Shown here: positions 39,092 through 49,073 of the stretch, one piece after another
How the letters are laid out: each line of letters opens with the position of its first letter
How positions within the stretch are numbered: the first letter of the stretch is position 1
Assembly (NCBI GenBank): GCA_963716255.1
Contig: OY970303.1
Span: forward strand, 3,328,001-3,392,000
Length of the DNA: 64,000 bases
DNA from: an uncultured Gemmatimonadales bacterium
Lineage (GTDB): Bacteria > Gemmatimonadota > Gemmatimonadetes > Longimicrobiales > Longimicrobiaceae
Direction of reading: 5' to 3'
Notes under the pieces: model-generated
The model's input: the letters and a program-made list of their open reading frames with translations, nothing else
Told to the model about the DNA's origin: nothing
Database searches by the model: none
Translations under genes and position numbers: made by a program

Positions 39092-39352
39092 ATGAAGATC
39101 CCCGCCGACTGGCTGACGCAGAAGGCCGGCAACCAGCCCACCGCCGATCACCGCGGCCTCCCCGACATGGCGGCGCTGCGCATTCGCAGGGACTGGCAGA
39201 AGCTCAAGGCGCAGGCGCAGGAGGGCGACGAGGTGTGGGCGTTCGCGAACCCGTCCAACACCTGGAAGAAGCTGGGCAGGCAGACGGGCTACGCCATCGT
39301 GCGCGACGGAAAGATCGTGCAGAGCGTGGTGGTGACGAACACGTACGCCTGA
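39092..39352 (+). CDS. Small hypothetical protein
   Basis: 86 aa, host codon usage; W.KLK....GDEVWAF...W..L....GYAIVR.G. Confidence 0.75.
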   Translation: MKIPADWLTQKAGNQPTADHRGLPDMAALRIRRDWQKLKAQAQEGDEVWAFANPSNTWKKLGRQTGYAIVRDGKIVQSVVVTNTYA

Positions 39353-39366
39353 GCGGAGGGGAGCCG

Positions 39367-41664
39367 ATGGAGCCGGGTTTTCCCCCGCCCCCGGGAGGCG
39401 GCGGCGCGAGCGAGTTCATCGAGATCCGCGGCGCCCGCGAGAACAACCTGCGCGACGTGTCGCTGCGCATCCCCAAGCGCCGGATCACCATCTTCACGGG
39501 GGTGTCGGGGTCGGGGAAGTCGTCGGTCGTGTTCGACACCATCGCCACGGAGGCGCAGCGGCAGCTGTACGAGAACTTCAGCCTGTTCATCCGCAGCTTC
39601 CTGCCCCGGTACCCGCAGCCGGACGCGGACGCCATCGAGAACCTGAGCATGGCGGTGGTGGTGGACCAGAAGCGGCTGGGGGGCGGCTCGCACTCCACCG
39701 TGGGCACCATCACCGACATCTACACGCTGCTGCGGCTGCTGTACTCGCGCCTGGGCCGGCCGCACGCGGGCTACTCCAACGCCTTCTCCTTCAACGATCC
39801 CCAGGGGATGTGCCCGGAGTGCAGCGGGATGGGGCGCAAGCTGGGGGTGGTCTCGGACGACTTCCTGGACCTGTCCAGGTCGCTCAACGAGGGCGCGGTG
39901 CGGGTGCCGTTCTTCGCGGCCTGGGAGATGAGCGCGTACGCGGCCTCGGGCTTCTTCGACAACGACAAGAAGCTGGCGGACTTCACCCCCCAGGAGATGG
40001 AGCTGCTGCTGCACGGCAAGGACCGCAAGTTCAAGATGCAGTTCGGCGGCGGATCGATGAACGTGACCTACTCGGGGATCATCGAGAAGGTGGAGCGCGC
40101 CTACGTCCGCCGCGACCTCAAGACGCTCTCGGAGCGCACGCAGAAGGCGGTGGCGCCCTACATCCGTCCGCAGCCGTGCCCGCTGTGCCGGGGCGCCCGC
40201 CTGAGCCCGGCCGCGCTGGCGTCCACCATCGGCGGCCGCAACATCGCGGAGATGTCCGCCATGGAGGTGGGCGACCTGGTCCCCGTCCTCCGCGAGATCG
40301 ACGATCCCGTGGCGGCGCCGGTGGTGGCGGCGCTGGTGGAGCGCCTGCGGCACGTGGTGGACATCGGGCTGGAGTACCTGAGCCTGGACCGCGAGACGGA
40401 CACGCTGTCGGGCGGCGAGTCGCAGCGCATCAAGATGGTGAAGCACCTGGGCAGCAGCCTGGTGGACGTGACGTACATCTTCGACGAGCCCAGCGTGGGG
40501 CTGCACCCGCGCGACGTGCACCGCCTGAACGAGCTGCTGCGCAAGCTGCGCGACAAGGGCAACACGGTGATCGTGGTGGAGCACGACCCGGACGTGATCC
40601 GGGCGGCGGACCACGTGGTGGACATGGGCCCGCACGCGGGGAGCGCGGGCGGGCAGGTGGTCTTCCAGGGGAGCTACGACGACCTGCTGCGGGCGGACAC
40701 GCTCACGGGGCGGTACCTGACGCGGTCGCTGCCCGTGAAGACGGACGCGCGCACGCCGGCGGGGTGGCTGCCGGTGCGGAACGCGCGCGCCAACAACCTC
40801 CAGGACGTGAGCGTGGACTTTCCCGCGGGCGTGCTGACGGTGGTCACGGGGGTGGCGGGCTCGGGCAAGAGCTCGCTGGTGAACGAGGTGTTCCTGCGCC
40901 GGCACCCGGAGGCGGTGGTGATCGACCAGTCGGCGGTGGGCGCGAACTCGCGCTCCAACCCGGCCACCTACACGGGGGTGATGGACGACGTGCGCAAGGC
41001 GTTCGCGGCGGCCAGCGGGGTGGACGCGGGGCTGTTCAGCTTCAACTCCACGGGGGCGTGCGAGAGCTGCAAGGGCTCGGGGGTCATCTACACGGACCTG
41101 GCGTTCCTGGACGGGGTGCGGATGCCGTGCGAGGTGTGCGGGGGGCGGCGCTTCAAGGACGCGGTGCTGGCGTACACGCTGGGAGGCCGGTCCATCAGCG
41201 ACGTGCTGGCCATGACGGTGGCGCAGGCGCTGGAGTTTTTTTCGCAGCGGGGGATCGCGCGCAAGCTGCGGGCGATGAGCGACGTGGGGCTGGACTACCT
41301 CACCCTGGGGCAGCCGCTGAGCACGCTTTCGGGCGGGGAGTGCCAGCGGATCAAGCTCGCGAGCGAGCTGCACAAGGCGGGGAGCATCTACGTGCTGGAC
41401 GAGCCGACGACGGGGCTGCACATGTCGGACATCGGGCACCTGCTGGCGATCCTGGACCGGCTCGTGGATGCCGGGAACACCGTGGTCGTGATCGAGCACA
41501 ACCTGGACGTGATCCGCAACGCGGACTGGATCATCGACCTGGGGCCGGAGGGGGGGAGCCGGGGCGGGCGGGTGGTGTTCACGGGGACGCCCACGGAGCT
41601 GCTGGGCGCGGCGCACTCGCTGACGAGCCGGTACCTGCGGCCGGACGCTCCGGCAGTGGCCTGA
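39367..41664 (+). CDS. Class II UvrA / DrrC-like ATPase
   Basis: Two ABC cassettes (GVSGSGKS, LSGGE twice) and CxxC zinc motifs; shorter than canonical UvrA. Confidence 0.92.
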   Translation: MEPGFPPPPGGGGASEFIEIRGARENNLRDVSLRIPKRRITIFTGVSGSGKSSVVFDTIATEAQRQLYENFSLFIRSFLPRYPQPDADAIENLSMAVVVDQKRLGGGSHSTVGTITDIYTLLRLLYSRLGRPHAGYSNAFSFNDPQGMCPECSGMGRKLGVVSDDFLDLSRSLNEGAVRVPFFAAWEMSAYAASGFFDNDKKLADFTPQEMELLLHGKDRKFKMQFGGGSMNVTYSGIIEKVERAYVRRDLKTLSERTQKAVAPYIRPQPCPLCRGARLSPAALASTIGGRNIAEMSAMEVGDLVPVLREIDDPVAAPVVAALVERLRHVVDIGLEYLSLDRETDTLSGGESQRIKMVKHLGSSLVDVTYIFDEPSVGLHPRDVHRLNELLRKLRDKGNTVIVVEHDPDVIRAADHVVDMGPHAGSAGGQVVFQGSYDDLLRADTLTGRYLTRSLPVKTDARTPAGWLPVRNARANNLQDVSVDFPAGVLTVVTGVAGSGKSSLVNEVFLRRHPEAVVIDQSAVGANSRSNPATYTGVMDDVRKAFAAASGVDAGLFSFNSTGACESCKGSGVIYTDLAFLDGVRMPCEVCGGRRFKDAVLAYTLGGRSISDVLAMTVAQALEFFSQRGIARKLRAMSDVGLDYLTLGQPLSTLSGGECQRIKLASELHKAGSIYVLDEPTTGLHMSDIGHLLAILDRLVDAGNTVVVIEHNLDVIRNADWIIDLGPEGGSRGGRVVFTGTPTELLGAAHSLTSRYLRPDAPAVA

Positions 41665-41756
41665 GCGGGGCGAGGACCCAGGGGTAAAGAACGCGCTCGA
41701 CACGGAAAGCGCCGTGCGTGTTCATCGGTATTCCGTCTTCAGCCTTCTGGACCAAC

Positions 41757-44700
41757 ATGCGTGATACCCTGACCTGGCTGCACATCTCGGATATCCACTT
41801 CCATCCGAGTACCGCATGGCGAGACGACATCGCCAGGGTCGGCCTGATCGAGCACCTCCGGACGACGTTTGCGAAGGACGATTCGCTGCGACCCGATCTC
41901 GTCTTCTGCACGGGAGACATCGCGTTCGGCGAAACCGGGGGTTCGCCGCTCGCCGATCAGTATGGTGAAGCCAGGGAGTTCTTCGATGCCCTCCTCGCGG
42001 TGTGTGGGCGTGGGGGCGTTGCTTTGCCACGCGAGCGACTGTTCACCGTTCCCGGCAACCATGACGTGAACCGACGGAGCGTCAACTCCGACGCCCAGAC
42101 CACCCTGACCGCCTGGGCCCGTAACGCGCATCAGCACATCGCAACGATCAACCACCGCTTCGAAGAACGCACCAGGGAATTCACGGATGCGATCCAGAGG
42201 CTCGACGACTACTCGGACTTCGTCCGGGACTTTCTGCCGCACCAGGTAGATGCGGATGGGCGGCTCTTCTACGCACGAGTCGTCGAGGTCGACGGGCTGC
42301 GCGTGGGGGTCGCCGGCTTCAACTCTGCCTGGACGTGCGCCGGCCCGGAGGATGATCGCGCTCTCTGGATGGCCGCCCAGTGGCAGCTCAATGCGGCCGC
42401 TCCTGTAATTCGGGACGCCGCCGTCCGTATTGGTCTCGTCCATCACCCGATCTCCTGGCTCAACGAGGCGGATCGCATCATCGCCACCCGCCGCATCTCC
42501 ACCGATTTCGACTTCTGGCTGCACGGCCACGAGCACAATGCCTGGGTCGAGCCTGCGCAGAGCCACGTCACCATCGCAGCGGGGGCGGTGGGTGCCGGCC
42601 AGAGCGAAGAGCTCGGGGTGAATCTGGTGCACCTCGACCGCGCGGGCCGGCGGGGAACCGTTCATCTCAGCCAGCTCAGGGCAGGCGATGCGGGGTGGAC
42701 CATCGCCCCCGTGGCTGGCCACGCGCCTGCCGGCCAGTGGGCGTTCGACCTGCCGGAAACACTGCTGAAGACGGCTACTGCAGAGCCGCTGACGTCCATT
42801 CCGCCGGACTCGCCCGCACAAGCTCCTCCGAAGCGCACGGTCAAGTTGTATGGACGTGAGAAACTGTTGGACGAGGCAGCGGCCAAGTTGCGCCGTGCAC
42901 CGTTCCTGCTGGTGTACGGCCTGCGCGGCATTGGAAAGACAGCGTTGATCGAGGAGTTGAGCAAGACAGGCCCGCTCGCCGGCAAAGATCCTGTTCGCTT
43001 GGTCGTGAACGCAGATACGACCGCGGATGAATTGTTTCGCCAGCTTGCCCCCCCGGCACTCGGCGAAACAGCCGAGTTTCCTAAGTCCCCCCAGGGCAAT
43101 GCGCAGGCGGTCGAGGCGGAGATACGCCGCCGTTACCCGGAGCCGCGCGCGGTCTGGATCTGGCTGGACCGCGCGCATAACCTGTTGGATGCAAACAGGT
43201 TTCATCATCCCGAAGTGCGCAGCCTGCTCCTTGGCTTGCAGGCTGCGATGGGGGACCGGTGGCACTGGGTACTCGAACTGCGCGAGCGCCCACAGGGCAT
43301 GTTCAACGAAGTCGCGAATACATGTGAGGTTCCCGGCCTGGACAGGGCCAGTTTGGGTGAGTGTCTGGCTGATGCTGCTCCGGAAGGTCGAGAAGCCGAT
43401 TGGAGATACACCGGCCAGGACCTCAAGCGCATCTATCGTTGGCTTGGGGGAAGCCAGGGTAATCAGGCCCACCCCTTTGCGACGCAACTGCTGATCGAAG
43501 TAGCCCGCGCCCGAAATGAGGCCCCGTTGGAGGTGCTGGAGCGCCATTTGGACGACTGGGAGCAACGGATCGAGGATGTGCTGCTGGGGGATCTTTACGA
43601 GAACGTGCTTAACCACGGCGAGCGCTGCCTGCTGGACGCGCTGGCGCTGTATCGAGCAGGCATTCCCCATGATCACCTGGAAGAGCTGGAGCACCTGCTG
43701 AAGCTCTCCGGCGCATGGGATGGCCTCGACCGCCGTTGTCTGCTGGCACCGGGTACGAACGATTACCAGTACTACCTGCACAGCTTCATCTCCGGCTGGC
43801 TCCGAACTCGGCGACTGGGTTACGCCGGGTACGGCGAGGATGACGAGGCAGATTTCGCCGACACCACGGAGGAGACGACGAGACAGCATGCTCGCGATCT
43901 CCATTCCGCAATCGCTACGTGCTGGTTGGGTCAGTTGCGAGGCACACGACGCCTGACCAACGTCAATATCATGCGGGCGGTGGAAGCGTTCCACCACCTT
44001 GTGGCGGCTGGCGACGCCGACCGCGTGCAGGGAATTGCCGTCGAGCTGCTGAGGGGAAAGCTGGAATGGGCACGGAGGCGGATGAAGGAATTCTACGATC
44101 ACCTCTTCAGGACGAATACCGCAATCACCCAGCAACGCCGTGCACTCCAATACCGGGCGGTGCTGGATCCCGATGATCATGCGGTGCAGCGCTTCCTTGG
44201 TCGCTGTTGGCAGAAGGAGGAGGGCAAGGGAAGCGACAGGGCCGTATTGTGCTTCGAGAACGCCTGTCGGTTGCGTCGAGATTTTCCGCCCTACTGGGCG
44301 GATCTAGGGAATAACCTGCTTGCGCGTGGGCGAGTGGGCGCGAGCGACTTCCTCTCACGGCTTGAGTCGCTGGAACAAGATTGTCCCCAGGCGATAGATG
44401 GGCACGTGAGGGCCATTCAGTCTGACTGCCTCAAGCTGGTAGGACATGCAGGGCGAGCCTCCGCCCTGCGCATGGCCGAGATCACCGCCGGCAGCCGCGA
44501 TCCAGCGTTCTACAACGACGAGGCGAAGGCTCGGCTGGAGGGCGGCGACATCCCTGGCGCGCTGGAGATCCTCGATCTGGCGGAGAAGAACGGGCGCGCC
44601 GACGATTTTACGAAGTCGATCCGCGCCAGCGTCCTGCAGCGGAGCGACCCGGACGCGGCGTCCGCCCTGCGCATGGCCGAGATCACCGCCGGCAGCCGCC

Positions 44701-45047
44701 ATCCAGCGTTCTACAACGACGAGGCGAAGGCTCGGCTGGAGGGCGGCGACATCCCTGGCGCGCTGGAGATCCTCGATCTGGCGGAGAAGAACGGGCGCGC
44801 CGACGATTTTACGAAGTCGATCCGCGCCAGCGTCCTGCAGCGGAGCGACCCGGACGCGGCGTCCGCCCTGCGCATGGCCGAGATCACCGCCGGCAGCCGC
44901 AATCCGGTGTTCTACAACGACGAGGCGAAGGCTCGGCTGGAGGGCGGCGACATCCCTGGCGCGCTGGAGATCCTTGAACTGGTGGAGACGAACGGGTGCG
45001 CCAACGAGTACACGAAGTCGATCTACAATACCATTCGAAGGATGTAG
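41757..45047 (+). CDS. Metallophosphoesterase - STAND-like NTPase - TPR-like repeat protein
   Basis: HISDIH, TGD, PGNHD, HHP, LHGHEH; YGRE, GLRGIGKT, HPFA; helical C-terminal repeats. Confidence 0.85.
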   Translation: MRDTLTWLHISDIHFHPSTAWRDDIARVGLIEHLRTTFAKDDSLRPDLVFCTGDIAFGETGGSPLADQYGEAREFFDALLAVCGRGGVALPRERLFTVPGNHDVNRRSVNSDAQTTLTAWARNAHQHIATINHRFEERTREFTDAIQRLDDYSDFVRDFLPHQVDADGRLFYARVVEVDGLRVGVAGFNSAWTCAGPEDDRALWMAAQWQLNAAAPVIRDAAVRIGLVHHPISWLNEADRIIATRRISTDFDFWLHGHEHNAWVEPAQSHVTIAAGAVGAGQSEELGVNLVHLDRAGRRGTVHLSQLRAGDAGWTIAPVAGHAPAGQWAFDLPETLLKTATAEPLTSIPPDSPAQAPPKRTVKLYGREKLLDEAAAKLRRAPFLLVYGLRGIGKTALIEELSKTGPLAGKDPVRLVVNADTTADELFRQLAPPALGETAEFPKSPQGNAQAVEAEIRRRYPEPRAVWIWLDRAHNLLDANRFHHPEVRSLLLGLQAAMGDRWHWVLELRERPQGMFNEVANTCEVPGLDRASLGECLADAAPEGREADWRYTGQDLKRIYRWLGGSQGNQAHPFATQLLIEVARARNEAPLEVLERHLDDWEQRIEDVLLGDLYENVLNHGERCLLDALALYRAGIPHDHLEELEHLLKLSGAWDGLDRRCLLAPGTNDYQYYLHSFISGWLRTRRLGYAGYGEDDEADFADTTEETTRQHARDLHSAIATCWLGQLRGTRRLTNVNIMRAVEAFHHLVAAGDADRVQGIAVELLRGKLEWARRRMKEFYDHLFRTNTAITQQRRALQYRAVLDPDDHAVQRFLGRCWQKEEGKGSDRAVLCFENACRLRRDFPPYWADLGNNLLARGRVGASDFLSRLESLEQDCPQAIDGHVRAIQSDCLKLVGHAGRASALRMAEITAGSRDPAFYNDEAKARLEGGDIPGALEILDLAEKNGRADDFTKSIRASVLQRSDPDAASALRMAEITAGSRHPAFYNDEAKARLEGGDIPGALEILDLAEKNGRADDFTKSIRASVLQRSDPDAASALRMAEITAGSRNPVFYNDEAKARLEGGDIPGALEILELVETNGCANEYTKSIYNTIRRM
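44460..45044 (+). repeat. Three in-frame 201-bp (67-aa) tandem repeats, the third partial and diverged
   Basis: Units start at 44460, 44661 and 44862 (SALRMAEITAGSR[D/H/N]P...). Confidence 0.95.
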
Positions 45048-45423
45048 GCAACTTCCGGTATCCGAGCCGCAACCTTTCGTCTGCTCACCTCATCTACTCG
45101 CACCAGGCCAGCACCTCCACGAAGCTCCGTTCCTCCAGCATCATGGAGAGCGGGGCTTCGACAGCTTCACGCGGGTGATCGCGCTTTGCTCAGCCTCACA
45201 CCACCGAGGACGACACCGTCCTGATCCCAGGCACCTGCTCCAGCCCGGCGAGGTGCTCAACTTCGCCGCGTGAAGGGCCGAAGCAACGTCGCAACCACAT
45301 GCGGCACGAAGTCGGCGCACGTCCTCCGGCTTTCCATGCGAGATCGTTCCAGCCATAATGGTGCCCGCGAGCAGCCATTCCTCGCTCGCCGACTCGCCCC
45401 ATCCCTCCTCTGAAAGGCCCGAA

Positions 45424-46758
45424 ATGTCCAACCGCTATTCGCAGGTTCGCTTCATCGGCTACACGATTCCCACCACGCCGGCCGACATGGTCGCGATCGG
45501 CAACCCGAACGGGCCCGGCGCGGTCGCCGGCACCTACCTCGGCCTGTCCGACCTCGCGCAGGACGTCGCGGCACGCGTCGCCGTGCTCAAGAACGCCGTG
45601 GACGTCGCAAAGGCCGCCCTGCCGGGCGACACCCCGGGGAGCGTGCTCAACGTGTTCGTGGCGCCCGAGTTCTACTTCCACGGCGTCCAGGGGCCGTACC
45701 TGTATTCCGACGACGCGGAAGATCCCATCCCCGTCATCATGCAGCAGCTGCTCGCCGCGTTCCCGCCCGCCGACTACCCGGACTGGAGCTTCGTGTGCGG
45801 CAGCGCCATCAGCGCGCGCATCGCCAACCCGGACCGCCTGTTCGCCGCGGACTCCGTGTCCGTGCGCAACGCCGTGGTGGAGGCGCTGAGCAAGCAGTGG
45901 CTCGCCGCGTTCGGGCCGCTCAGCGACGTGATCTTCGACATGCTGGTGAACTTCATCAAGAACTGCCACGCCTACCCGGCCGTCGAGGTCCGCAACCGGG
46001 CGCTGCTCGTGAGCGGCGTCCCGCTGGACACCCCCGCCGCCCAGCTGGGCGTCAACGACATGACCACCGAGAAGTACTTCGACTCCAACGAGGACTTCAT
46101 CCTGTACGACGTGGGCGGCAACACCAACGTGGTGACCGAGCAGATGACCGCGTACCCGCAGATCGACCTGAGCAACGGCGACCTCAAGACCCGGCAGTAC
46201 GACAAGCACGCCATCTTCCGGCAGAACTACGGGACGGGCAACTTCCCCGACTACGTGGACTTCGGCGTGGAGATCTGCCTGGACCACAGCGACACGCGGC
46301 TGCGCAGCAACATCGACAACGAGCCGTTCCCCAAGAGCGGCGACGCGATGCACGTGCAGATCATCCCGTCGTGCGGCATGCAGATCCAGCTCCCCGGCGT
46401 GGCAGCCGACACGCACGGCTTCGTGTTCAACTGCGACGGCCAGTACGCGGTGGACACCACCGTCGGCACGGCGCAGCAGGGGAACCTGAACGGCGTGCAG
46501 TGCATCTACGCCAACTACGTGGACTCCGCCAACGCCAACTACGCCGGGCACACCCAGCTGGCCCGCGTGCAGGCCCCGGCGACCGGCGGCGACCCGGACG
46601 CTGCCTCGTCCACCAACGCCACCTTCGAGACGCTCGACCCGGCGGCAATCACCATCCTCCCGGTGCCCGTGGTCAGCCAGCTCGCCGGCTGCTTCGCGGG
46701 CGGCCCGGGCGCGGTGCACATCTACGGGCTGAACGCGCCGTACGCGATGTACCCGTGA
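45424..46758 (+). CDS. Hypothetical protein with nitrilase/CN-hydrolase-like motifs
   Basis: FVAPEFYF (Glu), TEKYF (Lys), GVEICLDH (Cys). Confidence 0.65.
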   Translation: MSNRYSQVRFIGYTIPTTPADMVAIGNPNGPGAVAGTYLGLSDLAQDVAARVAVLKNAVDVAKAALPGDTPGSVLNVFVAPEFYFHGVQGPYLYSDDAEDPIPVIMQQLLAAFPPADYPDWSFVCGSAISARIANPDRLFAADSVSVRNAVVEALSKQWLAAFGPLSDVIFDMLVNFIKNCHAYPAVEVRNRALLVSGVPLDTPAAQLGVNDMTTEKYFDSNEDFILYDVGGNTNVVTEQMTAYPQIDLSNGDLKTRQYDKHAIFRQNYGTGNFPDYVDFGVEICLDHSDTRLRSNIDNEPFPKSGDAMHVQIIPSCGMQIQLPGVAADTHGFVFNCDGQYAVDTTVGTAQQGNLNGVQCIYANYVDSANANYAGHTQLARVQAPATGGDPDAASSTNATFETLDPAAITILPVPVVSQLAGCFAGGPGAVHIYGLNAPYAMYP

Positions 46759-46798
46759 CAAATCGGATCTGGTCGGAACGGCTTTGAACGGACGGTTT

Positions 46799-46928
46799 GG
46801 GCGTGCCCCCGGCTGGCGCCGGGGTCGGGCTTCGGCTCCGTAACGCACGAAACAACCGTGCGTAACGGAGTCGAGCCCCGGCAAACTGCCGCCGGGTCTC
46901 GCCCCTTCGGGCCGTAATCCCTCACGCG
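46799..46928 (+). repeat. Structured ~130-bp dispersed repeat, copy 6
   Basis: Inner stem ACGCACG/CGTGCGT. Confidence 0.92.
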
Positions 46929-46947
46929 ACTACGTGCCCGCATGCAC

Positions 46948-46980
46948 GGCGGCCCCGCACCTCACCGGTGCGGGGCCGCC
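46948..46980. terminator. Hairpin between convergent genes
   Basis: GGCGGCCCCGCACC/GGTGCGGGGCCGCC. Confidence 0.6.
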
Positions 46981-47007
46981 GCGTTCAGGAGTGTCGCCCG
47001 CCCTATT

Positions 47008-48966
47008 CTACGCACCGCCTCCTTCGCACCACGCCAGCACCTCCGCGAAGCCGCGGTCCTCCAGCGCCCCGTTCAGCGGGTGCTTCCCCAGCTTGGCGCG
47101 GGTGATGGCCGGGCTGCTGAGCCCGCACAGGAAGCGCGCCTGCTGCCGCGCGTGGCCCAGCGCCGTGCGGTTGTCGCGCACCAGCTGCCGGAACGCCTCC
47201 ACGTCGACGCGGCGCTCGATGGGTCCGCGCTCCGGCCGCGGCGGGAACCGGGTGACGCGCCCCGTCTCGCACCAGGTGCAGTGGCCGCAGGGCTCGCCGC
47301 GCGCCTCGCCGAAGTAGGCCAGCATGAAGTTGGTCTGGCAGCCGTCGCCCTCCACCAGTTCCACCACCTGCCCCACCCGCCCCACCTCCGCCGTTTCCCG
47401 CTTCGCGAACCGCGCCTCCAGCTCGTCCGCCAGCGCCTCCGCGTCCGCCGCCTCCACCAGGCGCGTGAAGCGCTGCCGCGCGTCCGTGACCTGCACCTCC
47501 GCCAGCCCCTCGGACTGCAGGTAGTCCACCATGCGGACGATGCGGTCGCGGCCCTCGCCCAGGTCCGCGGCGACGACGGCCGGGTCCAGCGTCAGCCACT
47601 CGCGCCCCTTCCTGGCCCGGTCGAACACCGCCTCCACGAAGCGCGCCCGGTCCTCCGGGAAGCGCGCCGTGATCTCCGGCAGCTGCTTCGCGAAGCGCAC
47701 CTTGTACCCCGCGTAGAAGGGCGTCCCCTGGCGCAGCACCCCCATCAGCTCCAGGTAGGTGAGCGCCGTGCGCAGCACCAGCTGCCGGATGTCGTGCGCC
47801 GCCGACAGCGCGTACTGGCTCACGTCGAACTCGCGCGGGCCGCCCAGGATGTCGCGCAGCAGCCCAAGAAGCGACTCGCGCGTGGGCGTGTCGCCGTAGG
47901 TGAAGTTTTCCAGGGTGGCCACGTCCTCCAGGCTCCCCATCAGCTCCACCCTGGAGGGCAGCCCGTCGCGCCCCGCCCGGCCGATCTCCTGCGAGTAGCT
48001 TTCCAGCCCCTTGGGGAGGTTGTAGTGGTACACGTAGCGCACGTCCGCCTTGTCGATCCCCATCCCGAAGGCGATGGTCGCCACCACCGTGGCGCGGTCC
48101 GATTCCTTCCACCACTCCTGCACCCGGGCGCGCGTCTCGTCGTCCATCCCCGCGTGGTAGGGGCGCGCGGGGAGCCCCGCGTCCGCCAGCGCCTGGGCCA
48201 CCCGCTCGGCCGTGCGCTGCAGGGTGACGTAGACGATGCCGGAGCCCGCCGGCCGGCCGCGGATGCGCTCCAGCAGCGCCGCGTCGCGCCCACGGGAGAG
48301 CGTGGGCGACGTGCGCAGGAACAGGTTGGGGCGGTGGAAGCCGGTGACCACGGCGTTCTCGCGGGGGATGCGGAACGAGGCGCAGATGTCCTCCACCACC
48401 GGCGGCGTGGCCGTGGCGGTGAGCGCCAGCACCCGCTCCGCGCCCACGGCGCGCGCCGTCTCCGCCAGCTTCAGGTAGTCCGGGCGGAAGTTGTGGCCCC
48501 ACTCCGAGATGCAGTGCGCCTCGTCCACCGCGAACAGGGCGATGCGGGCGCGGCCCAGCTGGTCCAGGAAGCGCTCGTTGTTGAAGCGCTCCGGCGCCAC
48601 GTACAGCAGCCGCAGCTCGCCCGAGCGCAGGCGCCGCTCCACGGCGCGAGCCTCGTCGCCGGTGAGCGACGAGTCCAGCCGCGCCGCGTCGATGCCGCGG
48701 CCGCGCAGGAAGTCGATCTGGTCCTTCATCAGCGCGATCAGCGGCGACACCACCACCGTCACCCCCTCCAGCAGCAGTGCGGGGAGCTGGTAGCAGAGCG
48801 ACTTGCCGCCGCCGGTGGGGAACACGGCGAGCGCGCCACCGCTCCCCAGAAGCGCGTCCACCACGCGGCGCTGGCCGGGGCGGAACTCCGCGAGCCCGAA
48901 GCGCTCGCGGAGGACGGAGTCGATGTCGCCGGCGGGGTGCGCGCGGGGCGCCGTTGTTGTATTCAT
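47008..48966 (-). CDS. RecQ family ATP-dependent DNA helicase
   Basis: PTGGGKSLCYQLP, VDEAHCISEWGHNFRP, ATIAFGMGIDK, QEIGRAGRDG, CGHC..C. Confidence 0.95.
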   Translation of the reverse strand: MNTTTAPRAHPAGDIDSVLRERFGLAEFRPGQRRVVDALLGSGGALAVFPTGGGKSLCYQLPALLLEGVTVVVSPLIALMKDQIDFLRGRGIDAARLDSSLTGDEARAVERRLRSGELRLLYVAPERFNNERFLDQLGRARIALFAVDEAHCISEWGHNFRPDYLKLAETARAVGAERVLALTATATPPVVEDICASFRIPRENAVVTGFHRPNLFLRTSPTLSRGRDAALLERIRGRPAGSGIVYVTLQRTAERVAQALADAGLPARPYHAGMDDETRARVQEWWKESDRATVVATIAFGMGIDKADVRYVYHYNLPKGLESYSQEIGRAGRDGLPSRVELMGSLEDVATLENFTYGDTPTRESLLGLLRDILGGPREFDVSQYALSAAHDIRQLVLRTALTYLELMGVLRQGTPFYAGYKVRFAKQLPEITARFPEDRARFVEAVFDRARKGREWLTLDPAVVAADLGEGRDRIVRMVDYLQSEGLAEVQVTDARQRFTRLVEAADAEALADELEARFAKRETAEVGRVGQVVELVEGDGCQTNFMLAYFGEARGEPCGHCTWCETGRVTRFPPRPERGPIERRVDVEAFRQLVRDNRTALGHARQQARFLCGLSSPAITRAKLGKHPLNGALEDRGFAEVLAWCEGGGA

Positions 48967-49073
48967 CCCTTGCTCGTTCGTCTGGAGGCTCCGCCCGCCG
49001 CGCGCGGCGGCGGCGGGGCCGCTCCCGTCCCATGGCCACGCAGGCCGACCCGGCAACCCGAGCCGTACCCGCG

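Noticed and set aside
44460..45044. CRISPR array or DGR template/variable repeats
   Set aside because: The units are contiguous, in-frame 201-bp coding repeats with no spacers, cas genes or reverse transcriptase.
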